Below, piece by piece: positions 47,953-59,037 of a stretch of DNA of 64,000 bases. Below the pieces are notes generated by a model that had not been told where the DNA came from, searched no databases, and saw only the letters and a list, made by a program, of their open reading frames with translations. Source of the DNA: an uncultured bacterium (GTDB lineage: Bacteria > Patescibacteriota > Minisyncoccia > Moranbacterales > UBA2206); assembly GCA_903937035.1 (NCBI GenBank), contig CAIZXS010000023.1:1188-65187 (forward strand), written 5' to 3'. The position numbers and the translations under genes were made by a program. Numbering within the stretch: the stretch's first letter is position 1; the number at the start of each line of letters is the position of its first letter.

Positions 47953-48116
47953 ACACCATCCCTCCCCTCATAAATTTTGCAATTGCGTTTATTCGCGCCT
48001 AATTCCAAAAAAGAACAAAAAATCCGCTAGTTTCCCAACAAACCTTAATTTAACATAGGCAAAACTAGCCAAAAAGTCAATAGACTGGCCGCATAAATAA
48101 CCGCAACTCTCTTTTG

Positions 48117-48146
48117 AACAAAAAAAACAACCCCTCCCGGAGTTGT
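48117..48146 (-). terminator. Intrinsic terminator after fusA
   Basis: On the minus strand: ACAACTCCGGGAGGGGTTGT hairpin followed by TTTTTTTT. Confidence 0.55.
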
Positions 48147-48175
48147 CTTTTAAAAAAAGTTTACAAATTTTAAGA

Positions 48176-50263
48176 TTATTTCTTCCCTCCCGAAATCTCT
48201 TCCGCCACGTTTTTTGGCACTTCGGCGTAATGGGAAAATTCCATCGCATAGTTGGCACGACCTTGTGACATTGAACGAAGTTGTGTTGCATAGCCAAACA
48301 TAGAAGAAAGCGGCACTTCGGCATCGATAATTTTCACACGCGCATTGCCTTCTCCACGGTCTCCCATTTCTTTGATGATTCCACGCTTAGCATTAAGATC
48401 TCCAACCACATCACCCATAAAGTTTTCTGGTGTAATGGTTTGCACCTTCATAATTGGTTCGAGAAGCATTGGTTTAGCCCTTCGACATGCTTCTTTAAAC
48501 GCCATTGATCCGGCAATTTTGAAAGCCGCCTCTGAGGAGTCCACTTCATGATATGATCCATCATAAACTGTCGCTTTGATGTCCACCATTGGGTAACCCG
48601 CCACCACCCCAGAGTCCATCGCTTCTTTGGCACCCTTCTCAATTGGAGTGATATATTCTTGCGGGATGATTCCTCCTTTGATTTCACTAACAAATTCAAA
48701 GCCCTTGCCCGCTTCTTGCGGTTCAACGCGCATCCAACAATGTCCGTATTGTCCACGACCTCCAGATTGTTTGATATATTTACCTTCCGCTTCCGCTTTA
48801 ACACGAATCGTTTCACGATAAGCCACTTGTGGTTGTCCAATATTGGCTTCCACCTTGAATTCACGCTTCATCCGATCCACAATAATATCCAAATGCAACT
48901 CGCCCATGCCAGAAATAATTGTTTGGCCCGTTTCTTCATCGGTACGCACTTTGAAAGTTGGATCTTCTTCGGCTAGCTTTCGCAAAGCAAATCCCATTTT
49001 TTCTTGGTCAGCTTTCGTTTTTGGTTCAATCGCAATCGAAATCACTGGTTCTGGGAAAGTGATTGTTTCCAAAAGCACTGGTTTTTCAATATCGCAAAGA
49101 GTGTCTCCGGTTGTCGTATTTTTCATTCCGACGAGTGCGCCAATTCCACCAGCATAAATCTCCGAGATTTCTTCACGGTGGTTAGCATGCATTTGCAAAA
49201 TTCGTCCGATGCGTTCTTTTTCATTTTTAGAAGAGTTCAAAACATATGATCCCGCCTTCAAGACTCCGGAATAAACGCGGAAAAAGGTCAGCTGTCCAAC
49301 ATATGGGTCGGTCGCCACCTTAAAAGCCAAAGCGGCAAAAGGCGCATCGTCTTGTTGCTTTACTTCAATTTCAATTGTTTCGTCGCGAACATCCGTTGCT
49401 TTAATGGCTGGCACATCCAAGGGGGAAGGAAGATAATCGATAACGGCATCAAGTACTAATTGAACGCCCTTATTTCGCAAAGCTGTTCCAGTGAACACTG
49501 GCACCAATTTTGTGGCAATTGTTGCACGACGAATGGCTGCCTTCAATTCATCTTGCGAAATTTCTTCGCCATTTAGAAATTTTTCTGTGAGCGCATCATC
49601 CGTTTCAGAAACTTTTTCCACCATTTTTTCTCGCCATTCTTTCGCTTTATCCAAAAGTTCCGCAGGGATTTCTCCTTCAATCACTTCAATACCCATTTCA
49701 CCTGCAAAAGTATAGCCCTTCATTTTGATGAGATCCACTACACCAGCAAAATCGCCACGCTCTCCGATTGGAATTTGCAAGGCGACAGCGTTTGGAGTCA
49801 AACGATCCCAGATGGTTTTGAGGGCATAATAGAAATCCGCCCCTTCTTTGTCAATTTTATTAATAAAACAAACGCGTGGTACGCTGTATTTGTCCGCCTG
49901 ACGCCACACAGTTTCCGATTGAGGCTCCACCCCTTCTTTTCCATCAAACACGACCACACCGCCATCTAGAACGCGCAGTGACCGCTCAACTTCAACTGTA
50001 AAGTCCACATGTCCCGGAGTATCAATAATGTTCACCTGACAATCTTTCCAAAAACAAGTTGTCGCAGCTGAAGTAATAGTAATTCCACGCTCTTGCTCTT
50101 GTTCCATCCAGTCCATCGTGGCTGCGCCCTCATGCACTTCACCGATTTTGTGAGTAACTCCAGTATAGAACAAAACGCGCTCAGTCGTGGTAGTTTTTCC
50201 CGCATCGATATGCGCGATGATTCCGATATTACGATACTTTTCAATTGGATATTGTCTAGCCAT
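48176..50263 (-). CDS. fusA: Elongation factor G
   Basis: [17 protein letters not shown], full length 695 aa. Confidence 0.98.
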   Translation of the reverse strand: MARQYPIEKYRNIGIIAHIDAGKTTTTERVLFYTGVTHKIGEVHEGAATMDWMEQEQERGITITSAATTCFWKDCQVNIIDTPGHVDFTVEVERSLRVLDGGVVVFDGKEGVEPQSETVWRQADKYSVPRVCFINKIDKEGADFYYALKTIWDRLTPNAVALQIPIGERGDFAGVVDLIKMKGYTFAGEMGIEVIEGEIPAELLDKAKEWREKMVEKVSETDDALTEKFLNGEEISQDELKAAIRRATIATKLVPVFTGTALRNKGVQLVLDAVIDYLPSPLDVPAIKATDVRDETIEIEVKQQDDAPFAALAFKVATDPYVGQLTFFRVYSGVLKAGSYVLNSSKNEKERIGRILQMHANHREEISEIYAGGIGALVGMKNTTTGDTLCDIEKPVLLETITFPEPVISIAIEPKTKADQEKMGFALRKLAEEDPTFKVRTDEETGQTIISGMGELHLDIIVDRMKREFKVEANIGQPQVAYRETIRVKAEAEGKYIKQSGGRGQYGHCWMRVEPQEAGKGFEFVSEIKGGIIPQEYITPIEKGAKEAMDSGVVAGYPMVDIKATVYDGSYHEVDSSEAAFKIAGSMAFKEACRRAKPMLLEPIMKVQTITPENFMGDVVGDLNAKRGIIKEMGDRGEGNARVKIIDAEVPLSSMFGYATQLRSMSQGRANYAMEFSHYAEVPKNVAEEISGGKK

Positions 50264-50289
50264 TTCTTTTTGTTTATAAGAATTTAAAA

Positions 50290-50757
50290 CTAAGCGAAGT
50301 GAGCAAACGCCTTATTAGCATCCGCCATTCTGTGCACATCATCTCTCTTTTTCATTGCTGCGCCAGTTTTGTTGGAAGCCTCAATCAACTCATCAGCCAA
50401 TTTTTCTGCCATTCTCTTGCCTTTTTTTGAAGAAATTGCGGCTTTAAGCCAACGAATCGCCAATGTTGTACGTCTTTCACCCAAAACTGGAACTGGAACT
50501 TGATAGTTGGCACCACCAACACGACGAGATTTCAACTCAACGAGTGGTGCGACATTTTTCAAAGCTTGTTCGAAAATGTTCAGTCCGCCTTTTTTGGTTT
50601 TTTCATGAATAACATCAAATGCTTCATAAACAATCCGTTCAGCTGTAGTTCTCTTGCCATCTTGCAAAATACTATTAATAAATTTACCTACAAGTAAATT
50701 ATCGTATCTTGTGTCAGGCTTAACATGCTTTTTAAATACTCTTTTTCTTCTTGCCAT
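50290..50757 (-). CDS. rpsG: Ribosomal protein uS7
   Basis: Sequence and position. Confidence 0.95.
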   Translation of the reverse strand: MARRKRVFKKHVKPDTRYDNLLVGKFINSILQDGKRTTAERIVYEAFDVIHEKTKKGGLNIFEQALKNVAPLVELKSRRVGGANYQVPVPVLGERRTTLAIRWLKAAISSKKGKRMAEKLADELIEASNKTGAAMKKRDDVHRMADANKAFAHFA

Positions 50758-50870
50758 AATATTTATCCCCTACCACCTTCTCACTCATAATTACAATGTG
50801 GCTGGGTAATGTTCTTATAAATTATTTATATACTAAATTAGAATTCAAAAACTGAAAAAGTGGTGAGGGA

Positions 50871-51290
50871 TTATTTCTTATCTTTCTCCACCTTAGCGCC
50901 ATATTTACTGCGACCTTGTTTGCGATTCGCCACTCCGGCGCTATCCAAAACTCCTCGCACGATATGATAACGCACACCAGGAAGATCTTTTACGCGACCT
51001 CCACGAAGCATTACGATGGAATGCTCCTGCAGGTTATGTCCGATTCCTGGGATATAAGCAGTTACTTCCATTCCATTTGTAAGACGAACTCTAGCAATCT
51101 TACGTAAAGCCGAGTTTGGTTTTTTAGGTGTAGTAGTACTAACCTTCAAACATACTCCGCGCTTAAATGAGCTATTTGTAAGAACTGGCTTATTTTTCAA
51201 AGTATTAAAAACATGCTTAAAGGCAGGTGTTTTTGATTTACTCTTCAATGATGTTCTGGACTTTCGCTTTAATTGATTGATTGTTGGCAT
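50871..51290 (-). CDS. rpsL: Ribosomal protein uS12
   Basis: PTINQL...PNSALRK...GVRYHIVRG. Confidence 0.95.
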   Translation of the reverse strand: MPTINQLKRKSRTSLKSKSKTPAFKHVFNTLKNKPVLTNSSFKRGVCLKVSTTTPKKPNSALRKIARVRLTNGMEVTAYIPGIGHNLQEHSIVMLRGGRVKDLPGVRYHIVRGVLDSAGVANRKQGRSKYGAKVEKDKK

Positions 51291-51508
51291 TTTATGAGAT
51301 CTTTACTAATTATGAATCAAGTGAATATACGGATAATCTAAGCCCAGCTAAAAGCTTGATTTGGCGCATTTTCGTCGATTTCACAGTTTGCAAAAAATAA
51401 TTTAACTTAAAATATCTAAACATTATCACACTCGCAACTCCTAGTGAGTATAATAAAAAAACTGCCAGTTGTCTAGCAAAATAAGCATAAACGACAATTG
51501 AATATATG

Positions 51509-52198
51509 TCAAATCGCCACCCGCAAAAAGGCGTTAATTGCCGTGCCCAGAAAAACGCGCAAAGGAGAGGAAAAAAAGAATATAAAAAACAAAAGCATAA
51601 TAAAGCCAAACTGCTCAAGCATCGCCTGAGTTTCAATTTTAATCGGAAAGACGGAAAACAAGATCTTGGATCCGTCAAGCGGTGGGATAGGGATCAAATT
51701 AAAAAAAGCCAAAAAAACGTTAATAATAACCACGATAATCAAGAGTTCATAAAATATCGCCCCGACTGATCCAGCAATAACGCCTGAAACTGTCGACCAT
51801 TCATTAAAGTGATTAATAATATCTTTCTTCAAATGCAATGGCAACGCGATAAATCTCGCTCCTAGCGCGGCCAAAAAGGCTACTGTTAAATTTATCCCGG
51901 GTCCCGCCATAGCAACAAGCGCTGGTCCCCATTTCTGATTTTTCAAATTATAGGGATTATAAGGCACTGGTTTTGCCCAGCCAAAAGCAAAGCCAAAAGA
52001 AAGATACATAAAAAGCGGAGCCAAAAATGAGCCAACCAAATCAAGATGACTAAAGGGATTAGCAGTAAGGCGTCCGGCATATTTAGCAGTATTATCCCCA
52101 AGCCAAAGCGCCATCAGCCCATGAAAAACTTCATGGATGATTACGGAGTAAAGCAAAATGGCAACATAAAAAACGATTAACACCACATCATTAGACAT
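51509..52198 (-). CDS. M50 family (site-2 protease-like) zinc metalloprotease
   Basis: HEVFHGL (HExxH) and NLIPIPPLDGSKIL in a multi-TM protein. Confidence 0.85.
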   Translation of the reverse strand: MSNDVVLIVFYVAILLYSVIIHEVFHGLMALWLGDNTAKYAGRLTANPFSHLDLVGSFLAPLFMYLSFGFAFGWAKPVPYNPYNLKNQKWGPALVAMAGPGINLTVAFLAALGARFIALPLHLKKDIINHFNEWSTVSGVIAGSVGAIFYELLIIVVIINVFLAFFNLIPIPPLDGSKILFSVFPIKIETQAMLEQFGFIMLLFFIFFFSSPLRVFLGTAINAFLRVAI

Positions 52199-52260
52199 AC
52201 ATTTTCTTGCTAAAATTATATTCCTATGCTACCTTATATCTTGTAATAAATCAACCAATT

Positions 52261-52354
52261 CATGAAACATGTAACATGAAACACGCAACAAGAGAATCAC
52301 TTCTCTTCGCTGGATACCGCGTGCTACATGCTATATGCTTCATGCTACATGTCT
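52261..52354 (+). promoter_or_regulatory. Bipartite CATG-heptad element upstream of rpmB. Distal part CATGAAACATGTAACATGAAACACG; 36-nt spacer; proximal part TGCTACATGCTATATGCTTCATGCTACATGTCT+ATG
   Basis: Plus-strand copy of the element family; it causes the artefactual [10 protein letters not shown]-terminal extension. Confidence 0.55.
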
Positions 52355-52528
52355 ATGAGTCGAGTTTGTGAAGTTTGCGGACGCGGTCCAGGAACAGGGC
52401 ACACCGTCAGCCATTCTAATGTAAAAACCTTGCGAAAATTTCAAATCAATTTGCAAAGCAAGAAAATTGACGGCGCAAAAACTAGAGTTTGCACCCGTTG
52501 TATCAAAACTGCTAACAAAGAAAAGTAA
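52355..52528 (+). CDS. rpmB: Ribosomal protein bL28 (zinc-binding form)
   Basis: [22 protein letters not shown]...RVCTRC. Confidence 0.85.
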   Translation: MSRVCEVCGRGPGTGHTVSHSNVKTLRKFQINLQSKKIDGAKTRVCTRCIKTANKEK

Positions 52529-52586
52529 TTTTCTTTTCGTGAAAACTAAAAAATCCTCCTTGCGAAAGCTTGGAGGATTTTTTTGT

Positions 52587-52714
52587 GTCATCCTGAGCGA
52601 AGTCCGTACTCGGACACAGTCGAAGGATCTGCTAGCGGTAATCGTAGTTTTTACTATTTACCACAACACTAGCAATAATTGAAAGCAGATTCTTCGACTC
52701 CGCTCAGAATGACA
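52587..52714. mobile_element. MITE-like element, intergenic copy (terminal repeats GTCATCCTGAGCGAAGTC... / ...AGATTCTTCGACTCCGCTCAGAATGAC)
   Basis: Its ends match the copy at 11055-11170 and the centre differs (contains GTCCGTACTCGGAC hairpin). Located between rpmB and ndk. Confidence 0.65.
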
Positions 52715-52757
52715 ACTATAATTGTTTTTACTACTGATATCGTCCGTCTTATTTAAT

Positions 52758-53369
52758 CTACTCCAAAATCCCATCCAAATTTACGTCATACAAAATCTGC
52801 TCCTGGATAAGACGGTAATTAATAATCTCTTCTGGCGTAAACCAGAGTGCAATTTCTTTTTCTGCCTCCTCCGATGATTCACTACAATGGATTAAGTTGC
52901 GCACAGCTCTTCCGTCTACGCTCGTAATTTCATATGAATCTATCGTTAAATCTCCACGAATTGTTCCCACATCCGAAGTTGTTGGTTCAGTTGTACCGAC
53001 TATTTTTGTCACAACACCAGCCGCCTTGTTGCCCTCCCAGATCATGGCGACAACTGGACCAGACGTCATATATTTAACTAAAACTTCAATAATTTCCTTG
53101 CCGTAATCAATTGCGCTTTTGTCTACAGTCAAACCATTAGCTTTCCGCTCTTCAATGCTACGACTGCCTTTTTTTTCATACCACGCATCATCTTTATTAT
53201 AGTGCTTCCAACATCTCTCTGCGTCTAAAACTGTCAATTTCAAACTAACTAGTTTTAGCCCTGTACGCTCAAAGCGTTTAACCACCTCTCCGATTAAACT
53301 ACGCTGCACTCCATCAGGTTTAATGAAAACCATTGTTCTTTCTTTTTTTGGATGTCTCTTTTGCTCCAT
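52758..53369 (-). CDS. ndk: Nucleoside diphosphate kinase (with insertion)
   Basis: FIKPDG, NLIHCSES. Likely start at the internal MVFIKPDG (around 53333). Confidence 0.85.
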   Translation of the reverse strand: MEQKRHPKKERTMVFIKPDGVQRSLIGEVVKRFERTGLKLVSLKLTVLDAERCWKHYNKDDAWYEKKGSRSIEERKANGLTVDKSAIDYGKEIIEVLVKYMTSGPVVAMIWEGNKAAGVVTKIVGTTEPTTSDVGTIRGDLTIDSYEITSVDGRAVRNLIHCSESSEEAEKEIALWFTPEEIINYRLIQEQILYDVNLDGILE

Positions 53370-53399
53370 ACTATTTTTAATAAAATAAATAATTATTGC

Positions 53400-54437
53400 T
53401 TATTCCTTACTTGCCTCCACCTCCAACTCCGCCACTTTCTTAAATATTCCCTTCGCAATTTCTGCTTGAATTTTTTTGTCACTTTTCAAAAACGCCTTGG
53501 CTGGCTCGCGACCAACTCCCAATTTAACTTCTCCGTAAGTATAGGAATTGCCTTTTTTGGTCACCACCTCATATTTCACACCAGTGTCTAAAACATCTCC
53601 TGCAGCCGAAATTCCTTCGTTATACATGATATCAAACTCGGCCGTCCTGAAAGGTGGCGCTACTTTATTTTTCACAATTTTCACTTTTGTCCGATTGCCC
53701 ACGATATCTTCGCCTTTTTTGATTTGCGCGCTACGTCTCACTTCCACGCGCACTGAAGCATAAAACTTCAAAGCGTTTCCTCCTGTCGTTGTTTCTGGAT
53801 TACCAAAAACCACACCAATTTTCATTCTAATTTGATTGATAAAAATCACGGTACAATTGGATCGAGAAATGATCGCCGTCAGTTTACGCAATGCTTGTGA
53901 CATCAAACGTGCTTGACGTCCCATGTGACTATCGCCCATGTCTCCTTCGATTTCTGCCTTTGGCACGAGTGCCGCCACACTGTCCACTACAACCACGTCA
54001 ATTGCTCCAGAATTGACCAGCGCATCCACGACATCAAGCGCTTGCTCGCCATTATCTGGTTGAGAAATCAAAAGATCATTTATATTCACTCCGATTCTTT
54101 TGGCATATTCAGGATCAAGTGCATGCTCCGCATCGATAAACGCAGCTACTCCACCAGCACGCTGCGTATTGGCGATAATATGCAAAGTTAAGGTTGTTTT
54201 CCCTGAAGACTCTGGCCCATATACTTCCACCACGCGCCCTCTCGGGATTCCTCCAATGCCCAAGGCTAAGTCTAGCGAAATTGAACCAGTCGGGATTGAA
54301 GCCACATCAACATGCTTAACATCTCCCAGTTTCATGATCACACCTTCTCCAAATTTTTCTCTAATTTCAGACACAACATTATCCACGCCCTTTTCTTGCT
54401 CTTTGTTTTTCCCCTCCTTTTTTTCTTCGTCTTTCAT
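53400..54437 (-). CDS. recA: Recombinase RecA
   Basis: GPESSGKTT, full-length RecA core. Confidence 0.98.
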   Translation of the reverse strand: MKDEEKKEGKNKEQEKGVDNVVSEIREKFGEGVIMKLGDVKHVDVASIPTGSISLDLALGIGGIPRGRVVEVYGPESSGKTTLTLHIIANTQRAGGVAAFIDAEHALDPEYAKRIGVNINDLLISQPDNGEQALDVVDALVNSGAIDVVVVDSVAALVPKAEIEGDMGDSHMGRQARLMSQALRKLTAIISRSNCTVIFINQIRMKIGVVFGNPETTTGGNALKFYASVRVEVRRSAQIKKGEDIVGNRTKVKIVKNKVAPPFRTAEFDIMYNEGISAAGDVLDTGVKYEVVTKKGNSYTYGEVKLGVGREPAKAFLKSDKKIQAEIAKGIFKKVAELEVEASKE

Positions 54438-54542
54438 AATAGTTTTGTTAGTTTATTATTATTTTCTCAAACTATCTACTAAGTAAATTTTGTTTATTTC
54501 CCCTCCCCCTCTCAGAAGAAAAGAAAGCTAACCTTAGTAATT

Positions 54543-55565
54543 TTACTGCTTTTTATCTCCTTTTGCAAAAACAACTCCCTTTATTGCTCCGATTTCCTTC
54601 CCTAGCGTCCCTTTTTCTTCACCATTAAGCTTGATGTAAGTTGCATTTGCCTGTCCGGAACTAATAGTAATTTTATCATGAGCACTAAATTTTTGCACAG
54701 CGCCAGCAAGGACCGTCCCACTAAAAATCAAATTGCCATCCGCTTCAGCACTAATCCAAACTGGTCCTGGATCAACTCTAAGCTCAATTTGAACCGCCAT
54801 ATCATCCGCTTGCAAAACATCTTGGCCGGATGAGTCATTAGCTATTCCCTCTTCTTTTTGCGAATCAGCACTTTCATCAACATATTTCGATTGTACTGTA
54901 ATATTTTCTGCCGCCTCCTTTTGAAATTTATTCACCGCCCTCACATGTATAACATTTATCCCTGATTGCACAGAAATATCTTCTCGAAATTTACCATCGT
55001 CGTCAACTAAAACAAGCTGATCATTGATAAAAACTCGCGCGTCTTTATCGGTTTTCCCTTCAAGTAAGACAGTTTTACTATCTACCTGAGAATTTGAACC
55101 AGGATTAAGAATAATCAAGCGTGGAGTATCAGTGAGTGACCCAGCTTCTCTGTAGAGATAGAAAAATACGCCCAGCACAAGGATACCAACAAAAAATAGT
55201 ACTATCTTTTTTGGTGTAAAAACAAAGGTAGAAATATTGAGCGGCTTTATCTTGGATTTTTTCTGATCAGGATTCTTGCTTTTTTCAAGATTTTTTTTTA
55301 TACCCTTTTCTTTTTCGAAAAGCTTCACAAGGCTTCTCTCGTCAACACCCAAAAAATCACCATAACTCTTCAAAAATCCGCGCACATAAACGTCCGCAGG
55401 AAGTTCATCATACCTACCCTCTTCTAGGTGCTGCAAATATTCCACCCGGATTTTTGTAACACGCGACACCTCATTGAGAGCAATCCGCTTGTCGCTGCGC
55501 AGCTTACGCAGCTTCTCGCCAAGCGTCAGAGTGCCAACTTTTCTTTTTGTGAAGCCATTAGTCAT
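54543..55565 (-). CDS. RodZ-like cytoskeleton protein (HTH_XRE, TM, DUF4115-like C-terminus)
   Basis: N-terminal HTH LTLGEKLRKLRSDKRIALNEVSRVTKI, a single TM, and a C-terminal beta-rich domain. Confidence 0.7.
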   Translation of the reverse strand: MTNGFTKRKVGTLTLGEKLRKLRSDKRIALNEVSRVTKIRVEYLQHLEEGRYDELPADVYVRGFLKSYGDFLGVDERSLVKLFEKEKGIKKNLEKSKNPDQKKSKIKPLNISTFVFTPKKIVLFFVGILVLGVFFYLYREAGSLTDTPRLIILNPGSNSQVDSKTVLLEGKTDKDARVFINDQLVLVDDDGKFREDISVQSGINVIHVRAVNKFQKEAAENITVQSKYVDESADSQKEEGIANDSSGQDVLQADDMAVQIELRVDPGPVWISAEADGNLIFSGTVLAGAVQKFSAHDKITISSGQANATYIKLNGEEKGTLGKEIGAIKGVVFAKGDKKQ

Positions 55566-55671
55566 AACTTAATAAAATAAAAAACATAGATTAACTCAAA
55601 ACCTTTGTTTTATGTTTTTATCTTTATTTTTTCTGCCGACAGGCAGATATTTTTGTTTTTTTTATTTTGCC

Positions 55672-58089
55672 CTACATCTCCCATTTGTCCCGCTTTTCTT
55701 GATCACTCACATCATCATTATAGACCGTTCCAACTTCTTCGGGAAGCCCATAGATTTCTCTTGGCTTAGCACCATCAGACGGACCAACGACACCCTTCTC
55801 TTCTAGGATATCCAATAGTCTCGCTGCCCGCGCATAACCCACACGCAGGCGTCTCTGCAAGAATGATGCGGAAGCCTTCTTGGACTGCAAGATTTCTTTT
55901 TTTGCAGCTTCATATAAATCATCATTGTTCTCATCACTGAAACCGTTAAAATTATCCAGCTCAGTTGCTGTGGATATGGATTTTCCCGCCGTGATTTCTT
56001 CCGCATCATCTTCGGTTATATCCTTGCTTTCGTTTTCTTCTTTAATAAAATTCACAATCTCTTTTACCTCTTTTTCCGTCACAAAGACACCTTGAATTCT
56101 TTGTGGTTTGGGAGAATTTGCACTCAGATAAAGAGAGTCGCCATTGCCCAGTAGTTTTTCTGCTCCAGCCATATCCAAAATGGTACGCGAATCAATTTGC
56201 GTTGCCACTTGAAAAGAAATTCTGGTTGTAATATTGGCTTTAATAAGTCCGGTAATCACTTCCACTGAGGGACGCTGAGTTGAAACAATCAAATGAATTC
56301 CCACCGCACGCGCCATCTGAGCAATTCGCACAATCGCACCCTCCACTTCTTTACCATGGCTACCCATCAGATCAGCAAGTTCATCCACGACAATCACGAT
56401 GTAAGGAATGTTGCTATAATCCTCCTCGCTCACCTCGCCAGTTTCTGCGTCAACCAATTTTCTTTTCTCACCTCTTTTGAGTTTCTCCTTGAATGAAATA
56501 ATATCTCGCACGCCCGCTTCTTGAAATAGCTTGTACCGCTTCTCCATTTCACTGACCGCCCATTTCAAAGTATTAACAACCTTAGCATTCTCCACGATTA
56601 CTGGCGTAAGCAGATGTGCGATACCATTGTAGAGTGACAGTTCGACTCTTTTCGGATCAACCATGATAAATTTCAGATCTTCGGGGGAGTTTTGATATAA
56701 AAGCATTGTGATAATCGAATTGACACAAACCGATTTCCCCGTTCCCGTTGCACCAGCAACCATAAGGTGTGGCATCTTATCCAAGCTACCAAAAATATAA
56801 TTGCCACTCACATCTTCACCCAGCGCAATGCTCAGATTAGACTTTCTATTTTTGAAGTCCTTGCTTTCCAAAATTGAACGCAAGCGCACAAAAGAAGAAC
56901 TCTTATTTGGAACCTCAATACCTATGAGAGATTTTCCTGGAATTGGCGCCTCAATTCGAATTGGAGCAGCCAGGGCCAAAGAAAGATCGTTTTGCAGAGC
57001 CAATATTTTAGCAATCTTAACTCCGACTGCTGGACGAAAACTATATTGCGTCACAGAGGGACCAGTTTTAATTTCGCCTCTTTCAACTTCAATTCCAAAA
57101 TTACGCAAAGCATCCTCGATCAGTTGTGCATTCAAATCCACATCGCCTCCCTTTGCTACGCCAGTCGCTTTTTCCAAAATATCCACTGGTGGAAATTTCC
57201 ATTTCAACGCTCTCGCCTTTTTCTTTGTCGAATGGCTAGAATTTTCATCTGACAAGGTTTTTTTAGAAAAAAGCAAATCTCCTTCCTCTTCATCATCAGA
57301 TAGCTCGGATGAGATAAATTGATCTCGCCCTTCGACAAATTTTATCTTCGCGATATTCTCTTTTGCCAACATTTCAATTTCCTTCTGCTCATCACGCACC
57401 AGCTCTAGCTCACTCTGTCCAATTCCTTCCGTGTCGTTCTGCATTTCTTCTACGTCATTCTGTGTTTCAAATTCTGTGTTGTTCTGCATTTCTTCTACAC
57501 CTTCTTCTGTGCTCTTTCTCTTGAAGCGCTCAATAAAACTAACGATAGAAAATTCAAAAGCCGTAATCACACCCAACAAAAGAAGTGCCATAATAACCAC
57601 TAAACTGCCAGCATTGCCCAAATATTTTATAGAAAAATAGGCCACAGCATAACCAGCATAGCCACCACCCCTCCCGGCCTCAGCGACTGCCTGCATCTTA
57701 GAAGGATCAAAAAACCAGTGAAAGAGTCCGGTTATACTAACAAAAACAACAAAAAGACCAGCTAATTTTGTAACATAAAAAATTGTTTCCTTTCTAAAAA
57801 AGAGCACGACACCTGCCAAAACCAAAAAGAGCGGAAAAATTAACTTCGCCCAACCGATCGCTTGTCCAATCAATCTATTTAAAAATTCACCGACTACACC
57901 AGCATACCCAAGGAAACCCAGGGCCGTCAAAACAGCCAAAGTAAACAATATTACTCCAGCCACATTTCTTCTGACGTCCGAGGAAAGAGAAAAGTCGAAT
58001 TTGCTTTTTGGCTCATCGCCAGTCTCATTTTCTTTTATTTTTTTCCCATTTGAACTATTTTCTTTTTGCCCGTTTTTTCTTCGTCCCAT
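55672..58089 (-). CDS. ftsK: DNA translocase FtsK/SpoIIIE
   Basis: N-terminal TM helices; motor domain with AGATGTGKS Walker A; C-terminal gamma wHTH. Confidence 0.95.
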   Translation of the reverse strand: MGRRKNGQKENSSNGKKIKENETGDEPKSKFDFSLSSDVRRNVAGVILFTLAVLTALGFLGYAGVVGEFLNRLIGQAIGWAKLIFPLFLVLAGVVLFFRKETIFYVTKLAGLFVVFVSITGLFHWFFDPSKMQAVAEAGRGGGYAGYAVAYFSIKYLGNAGSLVVIMALLLLGVITAFEFSIVSFIERFKRKSTEEGVEEMQNNTEFETQNDVEEMQNDTEGIGQSELELVRDEQKEIEMLAKENIAKIKFVEGRDQFISSELSDDEEEGDLLFSKKTLSDENSSHSTKKKARALKWKFPPVDILEKATGVAKGGDVDLNAQLIEDALRNFGIEVERGEIKTGPSVTQYSFRPAVGVKIAKILALQNDLSLALAAPIRIEAPIPGKSLIGIEVPNKSSSFVRLRSILESKDFKNRKSNLSIALGEDVSGNYIFGSLDKMPHLMVAGATGTGKSVCVNSIITMLLYQNSPEDLKFIMVDPKRVELSLYNGIAHLLTPVIVENAKVVNTLKWAVSEMEKRYKLFQEAGVRDIISFKEKLKRGEKRKLVDAETGEVSEEDYSNIPYIVIVVDELADLMGSHGKEVEGAIVRIAQMARAVGIHLIVSTQRPSVEVITGLIKANITTRISFQVATQIDSRTILDMAGAEKLLGNGDSLYLSANSPKPQRIQGVFVTEKEVKEIVNFIKEENESKDITEDDAEEITAGKSISTATELDNFNGFSDENNDDLYEAAKKEILQSKKASASFLQRRLRVGYARAARLLDILEEKGVVGPSDGAKPREIYGLPEEVGTVYNDDVSDQEKRDKWEM

Positions 58090-58167
58090 AAAACTAGTTT
58101 AACACAGATTTGAAAAATATAAAAAGCCTCTTTTGAAAAGGCTTTTTATAATAACTTTCTCTACTTT

Positions 58168-58317
58168 TTAAAAAAATCCAGTATTACTTAGGAAAGTAAT
58201 TGTTAGCGCTGGCATCAAAGCCAGGAGGATTGCGAAATTCATCGTTTCCGACTCCTGATGCTCAGCCAATCTGGCTTCGCAATCTGGACATTCGCATTTT
58301 TTTTCGAGCTGTTCCAT
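58168..58317 (-). CDS. Small 49-aa Cys-rich single-TM protein (MEQLEKKCECPDCEARLAEHQESETMNFAILLALMPALTITFLSNTGFF)
   Basis: Hand-translated; below the ORF-track size cutoff. Followed by a hairpin plus T-run at 58124-58147. Confidence 0.25.
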   Translation of the reverse strand: MEQLEKKCECPDCEARLAEHQESETMNFAILLALMPALTITFLSNTGFF

Positions 58318-58377
58318 ATTTTTGTTTTTGTCCAAGCTCGAGAATTAAACTCCCGATCACTTGGATTTTTTAATATA

Positions 58378-58406
58378 AATAAAAAGAAAGCGGGCTCACC
58401 CGCTCT
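58378..58406 (-). terminator. Intrinsic terminator after the response-regulator gene
   Basis: Minus-strand hairpin AGCGGGTGAGCCCGCT followed by TTCTTTTT. Confidence 0.55.
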
Positions 58407-58464
58407 CTTTATTACCTTTATAGTATACACCATCTAAATGAAAAAGTCAAGCATCCGTCGACGA

Positions 58465-58911
58465 CTAGCAACCCACTCCCAGCAAATCTTTTGCTTCCCT
58501 CGATAAATCACTCGGCGTAATACGTGTTTTAACAAAAAAGGCCTGTATGCCCATTTGCTCCACACGCTTTTGCGTTTCTTCATCAACTGACGCAGAGAGA
58601 ACGATAATCGGAATATTCCTAGTTTTTTCCTCCATTCTCAGTTTCGCCACCACTTCTTCTCCATTCATAGCTGGCATCACCATATCAATGATGAGCAAAT
58701 CAAAATCTTCGTGCATCGCCTCCTTAATTCCCCAGGCACCATTTCTTGCAGCAGAAACAGAAAAACCATCCTGCTTTAATTTTCCCCCAAACATTTCAAT
58801 GAAAACCTCCTGGTCTTCAATAATCAGAATTTTTTTACTTTCAGTTTTCTTTGTTTTATTTTCCATAGTGCTTTCAATCAAGAAACTTACTATGCTACCC
58901 CCATCCTCCAT
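58465..58911 (-). CDS. Stand-alone response regulator receiver (CheY-like)
   Basis: KILIIEDQ...DLLIIDMVMP...IPIIVLSA...K; no output domain. Confidence 0.9.
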   Translation of the reverse strand: MEDGGSIVSFLIESTMENKTKKTESKKILIIEDQEVFIEMFGGKLKQDGFSVSAARNGAWGIKEAMHEDFDLLIIDMVMPAMNGEEVVAKLRMEEKTRNIPIIVLSASVDEETQKRVEQMGIQAFFVKTRITPSDLSREAKDLLGVGC

Positions 58912-59037
58912 TCCTTATAATAAAAATATAGCAAGCATCGAAGTTTAACGCAAGCAGCTATTTACATAGAGAAAATTGCTTTTATCTCGCAGCTAAACTA
59001 AAATTAATTCAGTCAATAAAACTCTAAGTCATAAAAA

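Noticed and set aside
47989-48324. 111-aa ORF overlapping the fusA 3' end
   Set aside because: Lies in a different frame of the highly conserved fusA gene and downstream terminator. Spurious.
51310-51678. 122-aa Cys/Leu-rich ORF overlapping the 3' end of the M50 protease gene
   Set aside because: Low-complexity translation of AT-rich sequence, overlapping a well-supported gene on the same strand in another frame. Likely spurious.
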